Positions 19,884 through 33,186 of a DNA stretch of 64,000 nt are shown piece after piece. This DNA is from Piromyces finnis finn (taxonomy: Eukaryota; Fungi; Neocallimastigomycota). Position 1 is the stretch's first letter; every line of letters starts with the position of its first letter. The stretch lies in NCBI GenBank assembly GCA_002104945.1, contig MCFH01000010.1, positions 1-64,000 on the forward strand, in the 5' to 3' direction. The translations under genes and the position numbers were made by a program. The notes beneath the pieces were generated by a model that searched no databases, was not told the DNA's origin, and saw only the letters and a list, made by a program, of their open reading frames with translations.

Positions 19884-22495
19884 AATAATTGTATTTTTTA
19901 TATAAATTTTTATTTTAATTTAATAATAGAAAACTTGAAAATAATGAATTATCAGCTATTTCAGAAGAAATTAAAAATATTAGAAATAAAAAACAATTGT
20001 AAGAGTTATTAAAATATATTTAAATATGGTTATAAAAGTTAAAATAATAAATAATTCTTTATTTAACTTTTTTTTTCATAAAGAGTTTTAGATAACAAAT
20101 CGATTGTTGAATCCTCAATTACACATAATGAAACTGATTTTATGTAAGTTAATTTAAAATAAAATTATTAAAATGGTTTTAATTAAAAAAAAATATTGAT
20201 ATCACTATGAAAGTTAACTAATATAGAATGAATCAATTTATTTATTAATAATATTAAAAAAATTTTAACAGGTCCTATAAAATAACTAGTTTGGTTAGAA
20301 AAAAAAATTTATCATTTTATAAGGATGAAGGCGTCTCTTATATTGCCAAAACTAATGGTAGATATCTTTCAGTATATGACGGCTCTACTTTCAAAGATAT
20401 TTATATTCAAGGTGTAAATATTGGATTAGGTTTACCAAATTATTTTCCCGAAGAAACTGGAATTGCTTATGATCAATATTATGATTGGTTTAATAAAATT
20501 GCGGAAATGAATGCTAATTCCATTAGAGTTTATACCATACAATCACCTGAGTTCTATAAAGCCTTTTATAATTATAATAAAAACAATAAGCATAAACCAA
20601 TCTATTTATTTCAGGGTACATGGTATAATGAAGATCGTTGGTTAGAAACTCAAAATGCATTTGATTCAGAGCTACTTTCTAATCTTTATCAAGACACAAG
20701 AGACTTAATAGATATAATCCATGGAAATTCAATTTTACCGAAATTGCCAGGAAGAGCATCAGGTATATATTCATTTGATATATCTCCTTGGTGTATTGGT
20801 TGGATTTTAGGTGTTGAATCGAGTAAACAATTTGTAAATACGACAAATATTTGTAATCCAGATAAAACTCATTATAAAGGGGAATACATTTCAGCCAATA
20901 ATATACAGCCTTTTGAAGTTTTCTGGGCCATGACTGCTGATTATACAGTTTCCTACGAAATGACGAATTATAAAACTCAAAGACCTATTAGTTTCTCCAA
21001 TTGGCTTACAGCCGATGTCATGCGACATCCTAGTGAAACAATGGAAGATGAAGATACCGTTACACTAGATATTCAACGACTTACCCAAGAAGATGCCTTT
21101 AAATGTGGATTTTTCGCTTCTTATCATGTTTATCCGTATTATCCAAATTTTATGTGGACACAAAAAAATTATATTGAACATAAAAATGATGATGGCAAAA
21201 TAGACCCGTACGAAGCGTATTTACAAGATTTGAAATCAGTTCATTTCGATAACATTCCCCTTCTTGTAGCAGAATTTGGAATACCATCTTCTCGTGGAAT
21301 AACCCATCAAAATCCTATTACCGGTTATAATCAAGGAAAAGTTGATGAAAAAACACAAGGACATATGCTTGTTGAAATGGCAAAAAGTATTAAAGCTAAT
21401 AATTACACTGGTTGTTTAATTTTTTCATGGCAAGATGAATGGTTTAAGCGTACTTGGAATACTATGGATAATACAAATGAAACCAGAAGAGCGTATTGGG
21501 ATGATGTTCAAACAAATGAACAAAACTTTGGTATACTTGATTTTGTTTCCTATACCGATGACCATAAGATTATGATACTCGATGGCAAAACAGATGACTG
21601 GACCTCCAATGATAAATTTACTGAAACAAGGAATATCAAGATGTCAGTTAAAAAGGATGCCGCCTATATTTATATTTTACTTGAAGCAAATACTATGGTT
21701 GATTTAACAAAGGATAGAGTATTGATATCTTTTGATGTTACTCCGAAGTCCGGTTCTCACATCTATACCTCCCATGATGGTAAAGATATTTTTAATTTTT
21801 CCGAAGCTGTTGATTTTGTGCTTGAATTAAACGGACGAAATGATACAGAAATATTTACCCATGAATATTATGACAAGTTTGTCTATTCCTATTATCAGTA
21901 TGAAGAAGTGAAAATCAAAGGATTAAAGCCTGCCACTTCACGTAAAAGTTCAGTGTTTAATTCGATTAAACTTTTAAATGAAATAGAACTTCTTCTTCCT
22001 GATAGAAATGAAACGATCAATACACTCTATGATATTACTGGTAAGCTTTTATTTGGAAGTACGGATAAAGCATCTCCAGATTATTCAACAATATCGGATT
22101 TCTATTTAACCCCATCTATTGCTGAAATAAGAATTGCATATGGTTTACTTAATTTTAGAGATCCATCATCTTTAGCAATTGAAGATGATTTCTATGCTCT
22201 TGATAAGAATGTTGATTTAGAAATAGATTCAATTAAAATAGGACTTACTGAAGGCAATAACACCATATTCAAAACCTTCTCATGGGATAAATGGGATACT
22301 GTTGCTTATCAAGAAAGGTTAAAAGATTCCTATTATATTTTACAAGGCTATTTTGCAGAAGAAGAAAATTCCAATCATTCCTATAAGAAAATTATAATAC
22401 TATCTATACTAATGATTATTATACTATTGTTATTATTCTTACTATTTTTTTTTTTCAAAAGAAAAAATATTATTAAAAAAAATATACAACCTTAA
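18689..22495 (+). CDS. Signal peptide - 6 LRR - putative TIM-barrel glycoside hydrolase (clan GH-A-like) - probable beta-sandwich - C-terminal TM; 9 exons, about 954 aa
   Basis: Exons 18689-18852, 18984-19055, 19187-19255, 19393-19461, 19585-19653, 19754-19822, 19930-19998, 20084-20143 and 20272-22495 all join with phase-2 GT-AG introns. The 69-72 nt exons each encode one LRR (e.g. LSNNPITELPEEIGNLKELRSL). The last exon has QGVNIG, MNANSIRVYT, WILGVES, SYHVYPYYP, VAEFGIPSSRG, FSWQDEWFK, then LDGKTDDW and a hydrophobic TM followed by KRK. Confidence 0.82.
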
Positions 22496-23012
22496 AGCAA
22501 AGCAAGACAAAAAAACAAAAAAAAAAAAAATAGTACAAATTTATTATAATATTAAATAATTTCAATATTTATTATTATTATTATTATTTTTAATTATCAT
22601 AGAATATACTATATTATTATTATCTATAATTATTTATTATCCATTATTTATTATTTCTTATTATTTTCATTATCCTAGACTCTCAAACAGTATACTGGAA
22701 GAAAAATAAATACAATAAAATTAATTATAAATTTAATTTTTTATATTTTATAAATAATACTAAAAAAATTATCTTTTTTTTTTTTTTTTTTTTTTTGGTT
22801 TTGTGTTTATTTTTATTAAATTTATTTTAAACTAATAATTATAATACTAATAATAATAATAGCAAAAAATAACATTCTTTTTAGTTTTTGTCTTTATTGA
22901 TGTTTACTGTAATGTCATATATATTTATTATATATGTATTAAACCATATATTAATACTATAAAGTATTATTTTACTACACTATAAGAAAAAATTTAATTA
23001 TTGGATTTTTTT

Positions 23013-23047
<35 letters not shown>

Positions 23048-23099
23048 AAATAGATTTATATAAAAATTAAACTTCAAATTAACTATTACATTTTTCTTT

Positions 23100-24300
23100 T
23101 TTTCTTTTTGTACCTTCACCATTTTCTTTAAAATAGCTATAGGAAGGGTTAAGAAATTACAAATTTCATAAATATATTCTTCATCTACTTTTAATATTAT
23201 TGCTAAATCCGCAGCATTACAGTCGGATCCATTTAAAAATTTATCTATAGTCTTTATTTCATTTTCATTTTTAAATTTGTTTTATTAAAGATAAATTTAA
23301 TTCCGAAAATAAATATATAAATGTATTTTTATTGGCAAATTTCTTTTTATTCCTGTATTCTTTTTGTTCTTTCATTGATACGAACTGATTTTTCAGTTAT
23401 TAGTAAATCTATTCGTATATTTGTATATCATATATTATTTTAAATTTTTCATACTAAAAGTAATAATTCAGACTTGTGTTTTTGTACTTCTGTTTCCTCA
23501 TTTCTGAACATTTAATTATTTAAATTATTTAAAAACTTAATCCAAGAATTTACATCATCTCATCGTCGTCACTAATATCATTATTATTATCATCAATCAT
23601 TACTATTGTCACTATCACTGTTTTTATCTTTGATTTTAAATTTAGGTAACTCGATATAGTGAAATGTCGATAACTTATAATTACAGTTGTGGCTGTTCAT
23701 TATTATTTCATTACCTTTTTTATCTTTGAAAGCATTCATTTTATCATCATGTAATTTCCCCTTTACATTATGATAAAATTTTCCTTTATAAAAGACTACT
23801 CCATTTCTAATAAAATATATCTACCTGATTTTATCTTTAAACATTTTATGATTTAATATATTCATCAAAATGAGTTCTAGAATATCTTCATACTGTTGTT
23901 CTTTTTTACTGAATGAATCATTAATTTTGAAGCATAATATTCAGATTCACTAAACATACTACCAAACTTAAATTTTAGTATTTACAAGTTCTTTCACTTT
24001 CCTTTTGATTCCTTTTGATCTTATTAGCTAATCTTCTGATCTTACTTTTTAAATTTACTTACTAATACATCCACTTTTGGAAAACATTGGTTCATTGATT
24101 CATTATCAAGAGGGCTTACATTACAAAGACTAAAATTGAAATCATAGTAATACTTTATTTAGGAAATGAATTAAAATATCTTTATTATTTTCATAATTAA
24201 ATAATTTATTAAAAACAATATCTTGAGTTGGTTTTATTGTAAGGATTCTCTTATCATTATTATTTAAATACTCTATTTTCTTTTTTCTTTCTTTTTCATA
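23100..24300 (-). pseudogene. Degenerate Rpn / PD-(D/E)XK nuclease family (PDDEXK_2) gene
   Basis: Hand translation across frames gives KPTQDIVFNKLFNYENNKDILIHFLNKVLL (about 24240-24150), VDVLV, YASKL, QYEDILELILMNILNHKMFKD, FHYIELPKF (23664-23638) and SWIKFL (about 23545). The motifs are in the family order, broken by stops and frameshifts. Ends are approximate. Confidence 0.78.
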
Positions 24301-25850
24301 TTCATTATGATAAATATTATATAAACATTTTTTTTTTTTTAAATTATATCATTTTGATTTATATATTTTTCTTTAAATAAATTTATATTTCAATAAGTAT
24401 TTCATTATATCTATTTTTTCAATAAATAGCTAGAAAAGAAGAAGAAAAGAAAAAAAAAAAAAAACACTTTGATGTGTTACAGGTTACAGTCTTTGATTTG
24501 TATTTAATCCATAACAAATGAAATTATTAAAAAGGTTACAATTAAACGGCAAATTTATAAAACAAATTATTTTATTTTTTTTTTTTGCATAATTAATTAA
24601 AAAAATTTTGAAACTTAAATTTATTAATTATTGTTTTAAGTTTATTAAAAACACGATTTATACAATTAAATTAGTATTTTTTTTTTTTTATAATTTCTTT
24701 TTTATATAAAATTATTGAAACTCATCACACAAATTTAACCTATTTAAAATAAAAAAATGTAAATAAATATACATAATTACTAAATTAAATACTATGTATG
24801 AATTACAATAGATAATTATTACTAAATTATTAAAATATTATAAACATTAATATTTATATAATGTTTATATAATATTTATATCTTATTAATTTAAAAAATA
24901 AATTTTTCTTAGAGTATATAAAATTTAATATATAATTTTTATATCCTTTTAAAGTTTTTATTTTTATTAATTTTAATATTAATTAAAAATAAAATTATAA
25001 TAATTATAATTATTAAACTAAATCAGAGTAGATAAAAAATATATTAAAATGCCTTTAATTATGAATTTTATTTATTAATTTTTTATAAATATTTTTGATA
25101 ATTAATATATTTTTAATATTAAATTAATTAAAACATTGTATTATAAATTAAAAAATAAATAAAGTTACACAAAATGTATCAAAGTTAATTTACTATACAA
25201 TTTAAAATTTATTTTTTACTAAAAGAAAATAGGCTAAAGTGATAATACTAAATTTTTAATTTTTAAATAATAGGCAGTCTTTCAATATTTTATTAAAATA
25301 TAATCAAATGAATAATTACTAAACATTAAAATTATATTTAATCTATAGTATATATATATAAAACTTTATTCCTATGAAAAATTAATAGTTTTAACTAACT
25401 CAAATTTTTACCAATAAAAGAAATGAAATTTTATGTGGATTAATTTAAATTTAATTTTATATAATTTTAATTAAAATTGTGATAATTATAGTTTGAGAAA
25501 TTGAAATATTATAAATAATTGAAAAAAGTATTAACATTTTCTTTTTTTTTTTATATTTTTTTTTATTTTTTTTTATAAATATATAATAAAAAAAAAATAA
25601 AAAAAATTAAAAAAAAAAAAAAATAAAAAAAAATTAAATAAAAAATAAAAAAAATTAAATAAAAAATAAAATAAAAAATAAAACTTCTAAAATTAATAAA
25701 AAAATTTATATAAAATAATAATCATAAATTATAAAAATAAAGTAAATATCAATAATACATTGAGACAAAATACACTTCAATAATAATTAATACTAAATAT
25801 TAAAATTTATTGTATAAAAAATTATAAAATTTGATAGAATATTAAACAAA

Positions 25851-27278
25851 ATGAAATTAAATATTTCTAGTATTATTGCTACAGCTTTATTAGCTTGTGC
25901 TGGTATTGAAGCCAAGTTAACAGAATCACAAAAGTCAGAATTATTATCACTTCACAAAAGTGCTAGAAGTGCCGTTCATGCTTCAAATATGAAATCAATT
26001 TCATGGGATAGTAGTCTTGCTGCTGATGCTCAAGTAATTATAATAATAATATTTATTAATAAAAATAATATTAATATTTTATATTATTTTATCCTTTTAA
26101 TTAAAAAGGAATACTCATCACTTTGCAAAGGTATGGTTCATTCTGGTGTTGGTGGTGAAAATTTAGCTGGTAGTACTACTGGTGATGTTTCAAGAATGTT
26201 CAATAATTGGATGAAAGAAAAATCAGGTTTTGATAGATCTGGTTATAGATCAAGCTTTTTAGGAGTTTCTTATGGAGGTGAAGATATTGGTCATTATTCT
26301 CAAATTGTATGGGCAGAAAATACTAAAGTTGGTTGTGGTTTAACATATTGTGAAAACTTTTCAGCAAAATACCTTTTAGTATGTAGATACGGAACCGGTA
26401 ATATATTAAAACAAGAAGTTTATGCTAAAGGTTCTGGATCTGATCATGATGATGAATCCAAAAAAACAACTTCGACTGAAAGAAAGACAACAACTACTAC
26501 CAAAAAAACTACTACAACTACAACTCATCATCATACCACTACAACCACTGTTAAACCAACTACCACAAAGGAACAAAAACCAACTAATGAAAGTGAACCA
26601 AGTACATCTCATGATGATGAAAAGAAAGAAAATGACACCACTACTCAAGAAACATCACAAGAAACTACTATTCCAACACTTGATTCAAATGGTATTGTAG
26701 AAGGTAATAGCACAGTTATTAATACAAATACTACCATTACTACTGATAATAATAATAATGAAAACTCAGTTCCAATTGAAATAAACAATGAAAAAACTGT
26801 TAGTCCTGATGGAACTGTAGAAACAAAAAATATTAATGACAATTACAAAAAGGATGGTATTATTGATGAAGTTGGTCCATCTGGTTATGATGATGGCACA
26901 GGTACTATCATTACAGGTGTTGCATTATCAGGTTCTGTTATTGGTGCTGCAGCTGCTTTTGTTTTCTATAAGAAGAACCCAAAGCAATATCGTCAACTTG
27001 CTAAAAATATGAAAACTATTCAAAGAGGTATTACTAAAAGAGCCAATACAGTTAAACATAGTGCCTCTGCTGTTACTAGAAAGTTTACAACCAAAAGACA
27101 AAATAGTAGTTCTAGAATTCAAAGAAGAGTTCCAAATCAATTAGATTCATCTGATTGTAATATTAACACTTCATCTGATTGTAGTATTGATAATATGCCA
27201 ATGATGACTGAAATGGCTGATTTACCAACAGAAAATGTTAATTACAGATCAGAATTAGCACAAAACCTTGAAAATTAA
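25851..27278 (+). CDS. CAP/SCP/PR-1 domain type-I membrane protein (CAP1)
   Basis: Signal peptide, LHKSAR, GENL, GHYSQIVW, VGCG and LVCRYG motifs, a Thr-rich stalk, TM GVALSGSVIGAAAAFVFY and a basic tail. A 75-nt in-frame intron lies at 26034..26108. Confidence 0.9.
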   Translation: MKLNISSIIATALLACAGIEAKLTESQKSELLSLHKSARSAVHASNMKSISWDSSLAADAQVIIIIIFINKNNINILYYFILLIKKEYSSLCKGMVHSGVGGENLAGSTTGDVSRMFNNWMKEKSGFDRSGYRSSFLGVSYGGEDIGHYSQIVWAENTKVGCGLTYCENFSAKYLLVCRYGTGNILKQEVYAKGSGSDHDDESKKTTSTERKTTTTTKKTTTTTTHHHTTTTTVKPTTTKEQKPTNESEPSTSHDDEKKENDTTTQETSQETTIPTLDSNGIVEGNSTVINTNTTITTDNNNNENSVPIEINNEKTVSPDGTVETKNINDNYKKDGIIDEVGPSGYDDGTGTIITGVALSGSVIGAAAAFVFYKKNPKQYRQLAKNMKTIQRGITKRANTVKHSASAVTRKFTTKRQNSSSRIQRRVPNQLDSSDCNINTSSDCSIDNMPMMTEMADLPTENVNYRSELAQNLEN

Positions 27279-27817
27279 ATATATAAGTGAGAAAAAATAA
27301 CAAAAAAAATAAGATAAAAAAGAAAATATTTAATATATAATGATTATATATTAAATATGTATATAAAATAAAAAATAAGAAATAATATATAATATATATA
27401 ATAATGATTAAGCAAAAAAAAAAAAAAAAAAAAAGGAAAAGAAAAATGTATATATAAATATATATATTTATATATTTATATATAAAAATAAATTAGATTA
27501 ATACAAACTAAATAATTTTATTATTTATTTTCATTTTTAATATTTATATATATTTAAATATTTATATATATTTTGAAGAGATTGAAATACTTATCAAATA
27601 ATATATATTATTATTTAAATGATAATTACTGTATATATAAATATCATCTTTTAATCTTTTAATCATCATTCCAAGTTTTTAAAAAATACACAAGCAAAAT
27701 AATAATAATAATAAAACTGAAAATAATAAAAATAATAAAATAATAAAAAAATATAAAAATATAAAAATCAAAATGAAAAAGAAATTTAAAATAATTTATA
27801 AAAATATCTTTTATAAT

Positions 27818-28091
27818 TGAAAGAATAGAATTTAGCTAGAACTTAAATTACTAATAAAAATTTATATTACTAATATTAAACTTTAATTAATAATAAAATT
27901 ATAATGTAATTACTAATGTAATGTTTCTTAGAATAATCGTAACATATAGTATTACTAATTTACATTAGCCACATACTTTAGTATAAAAAGGAATTTGTAA
28001 ATGTATTATTAAAATCTTTGTAATTACCTTTATTAAATTAAATTTAATAAACATAATAAATAAACTTTATTAAACCTAAATTTACTTTTCA
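27818..28091 (+). repeat. Copia A 5' LTR
   Basis: TGAAAG...CTTTTCA, direct repeat of 33187-33460. Confidence 0.95.
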
Positions 28092-28105
28092 GATTAAGAG
28101 TCTCA
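28092..28105 (+). promoter_or_regulatory. Primer-binding site complementary to the anticodon arm of tRNA-Lys(CUU)
   Basis: GATTAAGAGTCTCA directly abuts the LTR. Its reverse complement TGAGA-CTCTTAA-TC contains the canonical Lys(CUU) anticodon loop. Confidence 0.8.
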
Positions 28106-31100
28106 ATGGCTACCGAATATATTCTTTCTAACCACGGACGTCCACTTAACGGTGACAATTTTAGTGCTTGGAAATTAAGAATTACCAGCATCCTCACCGC
28201 TTTAAATCTCAAGAATTATTTAGACCAAAATATTACTACTAATGAAATTCAAGATCCAGGTGAAATCCTAAGAATACAAAAGGAAAATGCAGCTGCTGTA
28301 TCTATTATACTTAACAATATTGAAGATAAAATCTACCAGCTGATAACCGATACTGATACTGCCCATGAACTTATGGAAAACTTAAAAATCCTCTTTGAGC
28401 AAGACGAAGATGTAACTTTACAAGAATGGATGAACAAATTAAGAGATATGAAGGTCAAAAATCACAAAGAAATACTTAGCGTAACTAGTAAAATGATGTC
28501 CATATTTAAACAAATGGAGAAGAAAAAGTTACCAATTACTGAACAAGAAAAAATAGATTATCTCTTAGGATGTATGCCAAAGGAACTAAAAATCATTTTC
28601 ATTTCTGGAACCACAACTACTGCAAATGACCTTTATGAAGATATTAAAAATAAATACAAATTACTCTACCATATAGGAAAAAATAAAGAAATTAGAAATA
28701 CAAGAAGCTATGATGAAGATATGATGGACATTGACTTAGTTAACAATATAATGAAATTTAACAAGGGCAACAACAATAACTCTAGAATAAGCAAATACTG
28801 TCATATATGCAATATGAAAAATCATAATACTAGTGAATGCGGTTATAACACAAAAAACAAGAATAGATACAACAAATACAACAATAACAGCAACAACAAC
28901 AGAAGGAAACTATATCAAAATAACAAAAGAAATTATAATAGAAACAACATCAATTATTTAAACAAGAAAGAAATGGATGAAATTTTATCAAATGATGGAC
29001 TTGCCTATATTAATAACATCAATAATAAAGAAAATAATGAGAAATCTTCGAACTCTACTACCTGGATATATGACACAGGTGCTTCTGAACACATAACTAA
29101 TGATAAAAGTATTTTAAGAAATTTTGTTGAACAAAAATTAAAAATGAAGTGTGCCAACAATACTACTTGTGAATTTCAGGGATTCGGTACATACGAAGGA
29201 AAACTAAATAATCATAACATAACATTAAAAAGGGTTTTATACTCCAAGGATATAGCACAAAATCTAATAAGTGGAATAAAATTAGCACAATCACACATAA
29301 ATTGTGAAATAATTAATAAAAATTTCAAACCACAGTTAATAATCAAATACAATAATAAAAATATATTTAGAACACATGTCAATAAAAGGAATAATTTCAA
29401 AATTAAAACACAAAATAATAATTTCAATGATAAAAAGATATATTGTATCAATGAAAATTTATCAAATAATATATGGCACAATAGATTAGGACATTACTAT
29501 AACAAAAATCTAGAAAATTTTTTAAAGTCACACAAAATTGAAAATAATGAATGCCTACATTGTAAAATATCAAAATTAAATAGAAAACCACACAATGGAA
29601 TCCCACCCAAAGCGACTAGAAGAAACGAAGTTATTCATTCCGATGTTATGGGACCTTTACCACCATCAATAAATCAATATAAATATATTCTAACTTTTAT
29701 TGACGAAGCTACTAGAAAAGGTTGGGTATTTAATCTAAAAAATAAATCAGATGTTACTAGTACGACTATCAATTTTATTAAATTAATCAACAATAACTAC
29801 CAAAATGAAAAAATTAAAATTTTTAAGTCTGATAATGGAAAAGAATACAATAATAAAAAATTATTAAATTTTTGTAAACGAAATGGTATTAAGAAAGAAT
29901 TTTCCCCACCTTACAATCCTCAAAACAATGGGATAGCTGAACGTTTCAACAGAACTATTACATCGTGCGTTAAAACAATTCTGTTTTGGGCAAAACTTAG
30001 TTTAAACTTTTGGGAATATGCAGTAAAACATGCTGTATATATTTATAATATGATACCACACAGTTGTATTTCCAATAAAATTCCTAATGAAATATACTTC
30101 AATAAAAAGATAAATCTAAACTATTTAAAAACTTTTGGTTGCATTGCATACTATAAGAATTTCAACCAAAACAAAAGAAAATTTGATATAAACTCCAGAA
30201 AAGGAATTTACTTAGGATTTAATAATAATACTCACTGTTTTATAATTATGGATTTCTACGATCATAATATACATTTAGTAAGAGAAGCAATTTTCATAGA
30301 AGAAAAACCAGGCAATCTCAAAATTGTATCCGGCAACAATCCTGGTGTAAAATATTCTTAACTAAGTTCAGGTTTGTATACACTCAATATTCTAAACTAC
30401 ACTCTAAATTATTTTTAATTTTTTATATTTTATTTATTAAATTATTTTAAAATAACTAAACTAAAACAACCGTTGATTACTTTACCGTGAAGGATATTTT
30501 ACCAGAGCCCTCACTAAGTAATCAATTTATTTTATTTAAAACTAAAATTATTAATCTAAACTATAAACTAATGTTAATTTATCTATACTAAATTAACCTA
30601 TACGATTTTCCAACTATCGTTTCAATAGTTGAAAAATTTTCTTTATTTATACTTTTTAAATAAATTGAATAAATTCTAATATACATGATTTAATATTATA
30701 ATTTTACATTGTTTACATTTATACATTTATTAAAAGAAATTATTTGTATTAAACTATTTAAATTCAATTTATTTACTACAGAATTTTCTAAACTTAAAAT
30801 AAAGTTTTGATTTATTTACTATATGGTTGATTATATTTCAAACATATATTCAATTTATTTATTTCTAATTTTGAGGCTTAGTTTATAAAAAAATTTTTTA
30901 TTATCTAAAATATTTATTGGTTAAAATTTATTTAATTTAAAATTTTATTTTATCATCAAAAACTTTATCTTATCATAAAATTATATTTTACATAAATTTA
31001 TGTTAATGTATTGTGATATAAATTTTTGTAATTAAAAAATAAAATTTACGGTACATTAATTTAATACATTATACATTATTTTAAATACGTATTAAATACA

Positions 31101-33169
31101 TTATTCTATTAATACAATATTTTACACCTGGTTACTCTAATATTTCAAAAACAAAAATTTCTAATGGTACAATGGTATATAAACATGATCAGGAATCTAA
31201 CTATGAGGAGATCGATACCAACCACTATCCTACCATAATTAAAATCAAGAATAATTTTGACAATAATTATAATAATATCAGTGAGGATAGTTACACAGAA
31301 GAAATTTTTCAACAAAATAATAATCATGAAAATAGTGATGATGGTTACACAGAAGAAATTTTTCAAGATGAAAATAATCTTAACATTTATGAAAATGATG
31401 TAATTATTCAAAATAAAAAATTAGTTACCGAGAATTCCAACAAAGATAATAATGAAAATATCAGCAATAACAATAATAAAAGACCACTTTCACCTACTGA
31501 AGATACACATATTAGCAAATATAGAATTACAAATACAACTGAAGAAGAAAATACTTCTGAAAATATTGTAAACAACACTATTTATAATATTGACAATAAT
31601 GATAAAAATTCTGATTGTAACACATTATTTTCTATTAATACTGAGGTTCCACTTACTTTCAATGATATATTTAAAAGAGAAGATTGGAAAGAATGGAGAC
31701 GCGCTATTAGAAATGAACTTTTTAATCTATACAATAATAAAGTTATGATATTTACCAAAAATATTCCAGAAAATACAAATGTTATCTCTACAAAATGGGT
31801 TTTTAACATAAAACGTGATTCGAACAATAAAATTTCAACATATAAAGCTAGACTTGTTGCTAGAGGATACAAACAAAAATACGGAATTGATTATGACAAT
31901 ATCTACTCACCTACATTAGACATTGTTTGCATTAGACTCATTCTATCTTTAGCTGCAAAATTTAAATGGAACACCTACCAGCTAGATATTAAGGCCGTGT
32001 ATTTAAATGCTCCATTAGACAAAAATGTTTATGTTTCTATTCCCCAAGGTGATAAAAACTACAATAAAGGTTTCTGGCTTCTTAAGAAATCGTTATATGG
32101 ATTAAAACAATCAGGCCGTAATTGGAATATCACTATCTCTGAATTTCTCTCAAAAATTGGATTTACTCAATGCAAATCGGAATCTTGTTTATTTTATAAA
32201 ACTTTTGATAATTCTTTAACTTGTTTAATAGGTCTATACGTAGATGACATGATTATTTCTGGCACTAATCAGGAACTTATTAGCACTATATTAAAAATTA
32301 AAAATAAATTTTCTATTTCAAAATGTGAAACTATTAATTTCATTTTAGGCATTCAGGTTGTACAGAAAAACTTCAGTTACACTATTTCCCAAAAATCATA
32401 TATTGAAAACATTTTATCAAAATATAATTTTAACAATATTAAAAAATCTAAAACCCCTTGTACTGGTGAAAATTATGTTTCTAAGAACAATTCTTTATTC
32501 GATAAAACTATCTACAAATCGGCTATTGGTTCTTTAATTCACTTAGCTAAATGCACTCGCCCTGACATTGCTTATGCTGTTAATAATGCCGCCAGATATT
32601 GTGAAAATCCTACTGTTAGTGACTGGCATAAAATCATTAATATATTTAAATATCTCAATTTTTCTATGGAATACTCTATCACTTATGATGGATCTGGTGA
32701 ATTTATTGCTTATTCTGATGCTGATTTTGGGGGAGACAAAAATGATAGAAAATCTACATCAGGCAATCTAATTTGTATGGGAAATAAACCAATCTTTTGG
32801 TCATCAAAGAAACAAAAAGTAGTTGCTCTTTCAACAGCTGAAGCGGAACTTATAAGTACTTCAGAACTAACAAGAAAAATCTTATGGCTAAGAAACATTT
32901 TTAAAGAAATTTTGAACAAAAATATAACAATAAAAATATATTCAGATAATTTATCCAGCAAAAAGACAATTGAAAATGGACAATTCAACAACAATATGAA
33001 ACACATAGACTTAAGAGAACACTTTATCTTTGACGCTTTTAAAAATAATAAAATAATTTTAGAATATATAAAATCTGAAAATATGCTTGCTGATACATTA
33101 ACCAAAAATACTAATGGGCCAAAAATGACTAAATTCACAAACTTAATTTTTAATAAACAAAATAAATAA
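28106..33169 (+). pseudogene. Copia A gag-pol polyprotein interrupted by a solo LTR
   Basis: CCHC knuckle CHICNMKNHNTSEC, protease WIYDTGASEH, WHNRLGH, integrase HSDVMGP/SDNGKEY/NGIAERFN, RT YKARLVARG/YVDD, RNase H YSDADFGG/TAEAEL/MLADTLTK. Removing 30346-31131 restores one continuous frame (GNNPG-YSNISK). Confidence 0.93.
30346..31126. mobile_element. 781-bp solo LTR inserted in copia A pol
   Basis: Ends TGTAAAATATT...AATATTTTACA (11-bp inverted termini), flanked by a CCTGG duplication (30341-30345 and 31127-31131); no ORF. Confidence 0.85.
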
Positions 33170-33186
33170 TTAAGTTTGAGGGGAAG

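Noticed and set aside
30341-31131. Insert read as a DNA transposon or MITE with C(T/A)GGTGTAAAATATT TIRs
   Set aside because: A perfect CCTGG 5-bp duplication, TG...CA ends and exact frame restoration fit a solo LTR better. A MITE is not fully excluded.
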